Shown here: piece after piece, positions 29,530-34,055 of the stretch
How the letters are laid out: the number at the start of each line of letters is the position of its first letter
Numbering within the stretch: the first letter of the stretch is position 1
Notes under the pieces: model-generated
What the model was told of the DNA's origin: nothing
Database searches by the model: none
The model's input: the letters and a program-made list of their open reading frames with translations, nothing else
Program-made: the position numbers and the translations under genes
Assembly (NCBI GenBank): GCA_020052135.1
Contig: JAGVPS010000028.1
Coordinates: forward strand, 1-34,055
DNA from: Minisyncoccota bacterium
Lineage (GTDB): Bacteria > Patescibacteriota > Minisyncoccia > UBA6257 > 1-14-0-10-40-38
Reading direction: 5' to 3'
DNA length: 34,055 bases

Positions 29530-31208
29530 AGCTCATAGCGATAAATAGACACTGTGGGGCCACTTGCCGCCCCAGAAAAAAGGTTAGAGAGACTGCCGAT
29601 CGCGCCCTCGGTGAGCTCAAAGCCCGGGCGATCAAAGCCGGGAAAGCGAGCAATAAGTACTCCATCCCCCACGAGCGAGGCAAGTGCCTTCTCTTTTACA
29701 GGGCTTTCTCCGTAGATGCTCTGTGCAAGGACTGCATACTCATATTTTTTTTCCTTTCGATACGTAGCGACGTTTTCAAAAAATGGATGATCAGCTCGAA
29801 GTGTATAAAGATTCAGTGCATGAAACGCTTTATGTTTCAGAAGCGAGGGGTCGAGTACTGCCTCTGCCTCATCAACTGACCGAAGCGATTGTGGGTCGAT
29901 ATCTTTTTGCTCGCGTATGGCAGTGGGCGTTGCAGAAAGGCGAGTTTGGGGAGAAAGAACGAGGATTTTTGCGCCTTGAGGGAGATTTGACTCCATCCAC
30001 TCGCGAGCTTGTGCTCGCGTATCGTTTTTTAGCAGGAGCGTATCCACACGTATTGTGGGGATAACCATGCCAACGAGAGTTATAGAAAAAAGAGTGATGC
30101 GAATGAAGCGAAGATTTTTGAGCCTATGCCACACTGCGGCCGCTCCGTAACCGGACACCAGGGCAAAGAGCGGGATCTGGTATGCGATAAAGCGATCGTC
30201 GATATGGAAGAGGAGGTAGAAGATGAGAACGTACGCACCTACAAAGAGGAGAGTCGCAGAGAACATACGCCGCTCGTTTTTAAAAAGAAAAATGAGTCCG
30301 ATTAGAGTCCAAACAGCAAAAAAAGGTTCAGAACGTATGAACGGAAGAAAAAGAGCGGCTACCGCGGAGAAGAATCCAAGAAGAGATTTTATCTCTGTCG
30401 TTGAGTGCGCGTATCGCAGGAAAAAACCGCCGGGGTGGATGAGGTATGATGCCGCAACGAGCAAGATAAAAAGTATCGCTCCAAAGATAACGCGGCGGTC
30501 TTTCAATAATTGTAAAAGAGAAACTCGCTCGACCACCAAGAGTCAAATAAGCACAAAGAGGGGAATGAATCCGGCAATAACGCTTACTCCAAACCCAACT
30601 CCCGAGATGAGCGCAATGATACATGCGCGGCGAGGCGCCGGCCGTGTGCGGTCGGTGATGAGGGCAAGCGCAAGCGCAAAGAGAAAAATCGAAAGCGTCC
30701 AATCTCGTCCCCAGTGGGAGAGAAGCGCATGCGAGGCGCTCATCGTGACAACAATTGCCCCGATCAATGAGGCGTATGTATTTTGAAAGAAATGTTTACC
30801 CGCCTTGTAGACAAAGAGAATAGTTGCGGTTCCCGCAAGCGCGCTTATGATTCGAGCGAGTATAAAAAGAGATGAGGGATCAGCGGTAATATACGAGACC
30901 AGAATTGCTATATCTCGAATGTGAAAGAGATATTGAAGCCCGAGTACTAACGCGAAGGGAATGAGGTAGAGATACGAGAGGTACGGAGGGAAATAGAGGA
31001 TGGGGTTAAAGATTTCAGGATGGAGAACCGGAAACAGCGTTTGCAACTTCAGCATCTGAAGTGTGGCAATAATAAACGGAGGTTCATCACCCACAAGCCA
31101 TAGGGGCAATCCATAGTTCACACCTATCATGCGGAGTCCAAATCCGAGTGTGAGGAGAGAAAGAAGTATTGCCGTTGTTTTTGTCATAAATGGTTTTGTC
31201 TTTACCAT
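29526..31208 (-). pseudogene. GT-C/PMT-like membrane glycosyltransferase interrupted by a single in-frame TGA (30543-30545)
   Basis: ORFs 30543-31208 and 29526-30539 are in the same frame, separated only by TGA plus one codon. Together (about 560 aa) they have the architecture of the intact paralogs: TM1, a GDEPPF loop, many TMs and a C-terminal soluble domain. Confidence 0.6.
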
Positions 31209-31284
31209 CTCTATTGTAGACAGATAGGCATAGGTTAGGCAAAACAGGTCAGGTGAGATATTCTAAAGTACAACAATCCAGTAT

Positions 31285-32595
31285 ATGGCAAACAAGAGAA
31301 AAGAAATTCTAGTAATTGCTCTTGTCGTTGTAGGGATATTACTCCGGGGAGCATTGCTCGGATGGAATAGCTATGAGCACGGCGACGTCGCGCAGTATGC
31401 CGCCGCGGCAGAGTCCTTTGCCGAACAAGGAAATTTTCTCATTGATGCGAATGTCGAAAAAGACTATTTCTATTCGTTAAAAGAATTGGGCGGGCAACAC
31501 CTAGAGCACAACCCCTTATGGCCTTTCCTGGGCGGGATTTTTGTTTTTATTTTTGGCATGTCCGGATACCACGCACTTCAGATACTGTCCTTCATAAGCG
31601 GCGTGGCACTGCTACCGCTCATCTTTATACTTGGTAAAAAACTAGGAGGGTACGGAACAGGGCTACTCGCACTTATTTTCGGAACGTTTTCATACGCGCT
31701 CATAGATTTTTCGGCGAACGGCTCCTTTTATATCTTTCAAGCAGTACTCTATGTGCTGTTTCTTCTCGGAATGCTCGACATGGAAAAACCCGCTCGCGCG
31801 GCCTTTGTGTGGGCAATCATGGGTGTTGCATTGCTTTTGAATCAGCAGAACATAGTGCTCTTAGCGGCGTATGTTCTGTATACGTTTATATATTTTCGAG
31901 GCAACTCAAAACGCGCGATGATCTATGTCCTCTGTTGCATTGGAATAGTTGCCGTTATCCAATTGCCGTGGTGGATTCGTAACTACGTGCTCTTTGAGTC
32001 GCCACTCCACTCGATCGATATAACCTATGTATGGGACAAGATTGGGGTTCCCCGTACCGTGACTGACCACGTTATTTCCTACGCCGTTACGCCACAAACG
32101 TATCTTACGCTCGCAAAAACCTCTCTTTCATCTTGGCTACCGCACAATCTGTACTTTATGCATCGGAAATTCTTTGTGGTGGCACCCCTCGTATATATCT
32201 TTGCACTTTTTTCCTTGGCAGAAGCCTTCTTTGGGGAAAAACTGAGGGAGAAAAAACAGCTGCTTATTCCTCTCCTCTTACTATTCGCGTTCTACGTCGG
32301 CATATCCACGATGTGGCCGATTGCAAAATTTCGCTACCTCATTCCACTCCTGCCTCTTATATTCGTACTTGGCTCTTGGTATATGACCGCACACATGAGG
32401 AACAGAACAGGGAGAACAGTAAGCATAGCGATGAGCATTGTCACAGTTTTTGTTTTTTCAGTGCTTACATTCTTTGGAACGCCCTCGCACACCTACTATT
32501 ATGATGGCGTTATAACGACCGATAATTTCGGGAAACGCGGCGAGCTGGATTTTATCAATGGATATGAAACTATAGTAGGTGATAGAGAACAATGA
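31285..32595 (+). CDS. GT-C-like (PMT/ArnT-like) polytopic membrane glycosyltransferase
   Basis: TM1 followed by GWNSYEHGDVAQYAAAAESFAEQGNF, then many hydrophobic segments. Confidence 0.7.
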   Translation: MANKRKEILVIALVVVGILLRGALLGWNSYEHGDVAQYAAAAESFAEQGNFLIDANVEKDYFYSLKELGGQHLEHNPLWPFLGGIFVFIFGMSGYHALQILSFISGVALLPLIFILGKKLGGYGTGLLALIFGTFSYALIDFSANGSFYIFQAVLYVLFLLGMLDMEKPARAAFVWAIMGVALLLNQQNIVLLAAYVLYTFIYFRGNSKRAMIYVLCCIGIVAVIQLPWWIRNYVLFESPLHSIDITYVWDKIGVPRTVTDHVISYAVTPQTYLTLAKTSLSSWLPHNLYFMHRKFFVVAPLVYIFALFSLAEAFFGEKLREKKQLLIPLLLLFAFYVGISTMWPIAKFRYLIPLLPLIFVLGSWYMTAHMRNRTGRTVSIAMSIVTVFVFSVLTFFGTPSHTYYYDGVITTDNFGKRGELDFINGYETIVGDREQ

Positions 32596-32693
32596 ACATA
32601 TATAAAAAATTAGCCTACCTTCTTATGGCGGCGATTATACTCTTTACGCTCATAGACGGTGTCTTTTTACGGTGGACACTTACGTTGTTCTAA
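32592..32693 (+). CDS. Candidate 33-aa single-TM small protein, translationally coupled to the upstream GT-C gene
   Basis: ATGA overlap with the stop at 32593-32595. Translation is MNIYKKLAYLLMAAIILFTLIDGVFLRWTLTLF, stop TAA 32691-32693. It is below the ORF-track size cut-off. Confidence 0.35.
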   Translation: MNIYKKLAYLLMAAIILFTLIDGVFLRWTLTLF

Positions 32694-32705
32694 ATTTTAC
32701 CTATT

Positions 32706-32751
32706 AGAAAATCACGTCAATTGAACGATCGTCCAATTGACGTGATTTTCT
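32706..32751. terminator. Perfect 18-bp-stem hairpin between convergent genes (bidirectional terminator candidate)
   Basis: AGAAAATCACGTCAATTG (32706-32723) pairs with CAATTGACGTGATTTTCT (32734-32751). The 10-nt loop AACGATCGTC is itself partly palindromic. Confidence 0.75.
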
Positions 32752-32759
32752 ATGTTTTC

Positions 32760-33437
32760 CTAAAAAAAATTTTTTATAACTGACCAAACATAGCGGTGGG
32801 CTACTTTCCATACCTGGAAGCGGGAAGAACCGAACTTCCGCCGATATTCGTGGCTGGGCACGTCCTGGACGCGATACCCGCGCTTCAGGCATTGCATGAG
32901 CATCTCTTGTTCAATCGTCGTAATGTTTTCGCGGAGCGTGAGCGATCTCGCAACGTCGGTTTTAATAGCGCGGAACCCATTTTGGCTGTCGGTCAAGCGA
33001 ACATTGAATCGATAGTTGATAGCAAGCACAATCAGGTGCCCGCCAACATTTCGGATGAAATCCGCGACTGTTCCCCATGCTTCATCCGAGCCCCCGAGAC
33101 TGCGCGAGCCTATCACGAGATCAGCTTTATTTTCGAGAATGGGCGATGTAAGTCTTGGGATATCCGTGGGTTCATGGGACCCATCAGCGTCGATAAAAAC
33201 TATAATAGATCCGAGCGCATGGGTAATCCCTACCTTAATCGCATCCCCCTTGCCTTTTTGATGGTCAAGAAAAATTCGCGCCCCGAGAGATTCTGCGATG
33301 GTTCGAGTTTCATCGATCGAATGTCCGTCAATGAGCAAAATTTCGTCGCCATACGGGCGAACGTGAGCAATAATGTCGCCAATAGTTTTCGCTTCGTTCT
33401 TAGCGCATATAACAATGGATATAGTGATTTTTTTCAT
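32760..33437 (-). CDS. GT2-family glycosyltransferase, small DPM1/Ppm1-like
   Basis: ATG at 33437 (MKKITISIVICAKNEAKTI). LLIDGHSIDET and FIDADGSHEP (DxD). Confidence 0.85.
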   Translation of the reverse strand: MKKITISIVICAKNEAKTIGDIIAHVRPYGDEILLIDGHSIDETRTIAESLGARIFLDHQKGKGDAIKVGITHALGSIIVFIDADGSHEPTDIPRLTSPILENKADLVIGSRSLGGSDEAWGTVADFIRNVGGHLIVLAINYRFNVRLTDSQNGFRAIKTDVARSLTLRENITTIEQEMLMQCLKRGYRVQDVPSHEYRRKFGSSRFQVWKVAHRYVWSVIKNFF

Positions 33438-33442
33438 ATCGC

Positions 33443-34055
33443 TCAGAGCGCATATATACACTGCGCGCCTTTTTCTTCATACACTTTTTTGAGCGCGGGC
33501 ATCGGTATGCATGTTTCGCTCAAGATATAGTCCGCCTGAAATTGCTCGGCAACTGTACGGATCATTTCAGGATTGTGCGCCGCGTAGGCAGCTTCCACGA
33601 GCTGTTTACGATTATACCATTCGACGAGATTATTTGATGAAGGAGCGATTGCCGCGCCATCACGGTAGTGGTATACGAGGCCGCGAAGCGCACATACCCT
33701 AAAGGGCGGGAACCGTTGAGGGTCAATCAGGAATAAGCTGTCCTCGGCCGTATGTTCGCGGATCCACCCGTAGAGTGTTGGAGCGCAGGTGTCGGCAACA
33801 GGAGTGCTACGCTTAAGGTTTAAAAGTGTTATTGCATGAGAAACTTTTTCTCGTGCAAGAAATATTCCGGCTCCGAGGCACATAATGAGAAGCGCCATAC
33901 AGATAACACGTGTTCGTAGGGTGGTAGAACTGAAAGATTTAAGTTTTTGAAATAGCAACGCAAGGGAAAATCCCAGATAGAGGTATAGAATAAAATAAAT
34001 GAAGCGGAGCGCGCGCGGCTCTTCTATAAGAAACGGAGGTATTTTTAAAAATATT
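33443..34055 (-). CDS. Membrane protein, C-terminal part (N-terminus beyond the 3' window edge); possibly another GT-C-like protein
   Basis: The reading frame stays open from the ORF-track TTG at 33958 up to nt 34054 (..FIYFILYLYLGFSLALLFQKL..), so the gene continues outside the window. It has hydrophobic segments followed by a soluble C-terminal domain. Confidence 0.6.
   Translation of the reverse strand, partial: IFLKIPPFLIEEPRALRFIYFILYLYLGFSLALLFQKLKSFSSTTLRTRVICMALLIMCLGAGIFLAREKVSHAITLLNLKRSTPVADTCAPTLYGWIREHTAEDSLFLIDPQRFPPFRVCALRGLVYHYRDGAAIAPSSNNLVEWYNRKQLVEAAYAAHNPEMIRTVAEQFQADYILSETCIPMPALKKVYEEKGAQCIYAL

Noticed and set aside
9504-29752. A8/T8 homopolymer runs inside coding regions (for example 9504-9511, about 19470, about 22700, about 26196-26203, about 29745) as phase-variation tracts
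   Set aside because: Runs of 7-8 A/T are expected by chance in a sequence this AT-rich, and most encode Lys/Phe stretches. There is no evidence of frameshifts at them.
30543-30545. Genome-wide UGA reassignment (code 4 or 25, as in some CPR lineages) as the explanation for the in-frame TGA
   Set aside because: Several genes end at TGA exactly where their families end, and in ATGA start/stop overlaps (5806-5808, 10953-10955, 19165-19167, 23103-23105, 32593-32595). The standard code 11 fits the window.
32704-32892. Minus-strand ORF 32704-32892 (62 aa)
   Set aside because: It overlaps the 3' end of the GT2 gene out of frame and runs through the 46-nt palindrome. It has no coding signature.
1-34055. 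CRISPR arrays, tRNA/rRNA genes and riboswitch-like leaders
   Set aside because: No spacer-repeat periodicity was seen, and no tRNA-like T-arm or acceptor pattern in any intergenic region. Intergenic regions are short except 15166-15414, which contains only promoter-like AT-rich sequence. This was a visual scan, not a covariance-model search.

Overview
This 34-kb window comes from a moderately AT-rich bacterial genome. The gene style (many PMT/ArnT-like GT-C membrane glycosyltransferases, abutting or overlapping genes with few Shine-Dalgarno sites) is reminiscent of Patescibacteria/CPR, but that is only a guess. Almost the whole window is a cell-surface glycan or glycoprotein biosynthesis locus. 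It holds a large repetitive Thr/Ser-rich surface protein (5' truncated), a PG-binding beta-helix protein and a TPR protein. It also holds six GT-C-like polytopic membrane proteins (one broken by an in-frame TGA, one 3'-window-truncated), five GT4 genes (two are double-GT4 fusions) and three small DPM1/Ppm1-like GT2 genes. Two SAM methyltransferases and a sugar-nucleotide module complete it (RmlA, RmlB, NDP-hexose C-methyltransferase, cupin, Gfo/Idh/MocA reductase, UXS-like SDR). At 12.9-17.1 kb the locus is interrupted by an unrelated five-gene island: a bicupin-like protein, two DUF218/YdcF paralogs, a truncated ClpP-like protein and an IMPase-family phosphatase. The island has its own canonical promoters, SD sites, non-ATG starts and terminators. 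It is bracketed by an inverted pair of a 60-nt double-hairpin element that contains the stop codon of each flanking gene. The most unusual signal is a hairpin-plus-heptamer cassette present three times (34-nt core identical), always in the same reading frame (ITNYPASPAGGQL), inside two otherwise diverged GT4 genes. Related heptamer tracts occur in the same genes, including a perfect (GGTAAAT)x4. I saw no rRNA, tRNA, CRISPR array, transposase or integrase.
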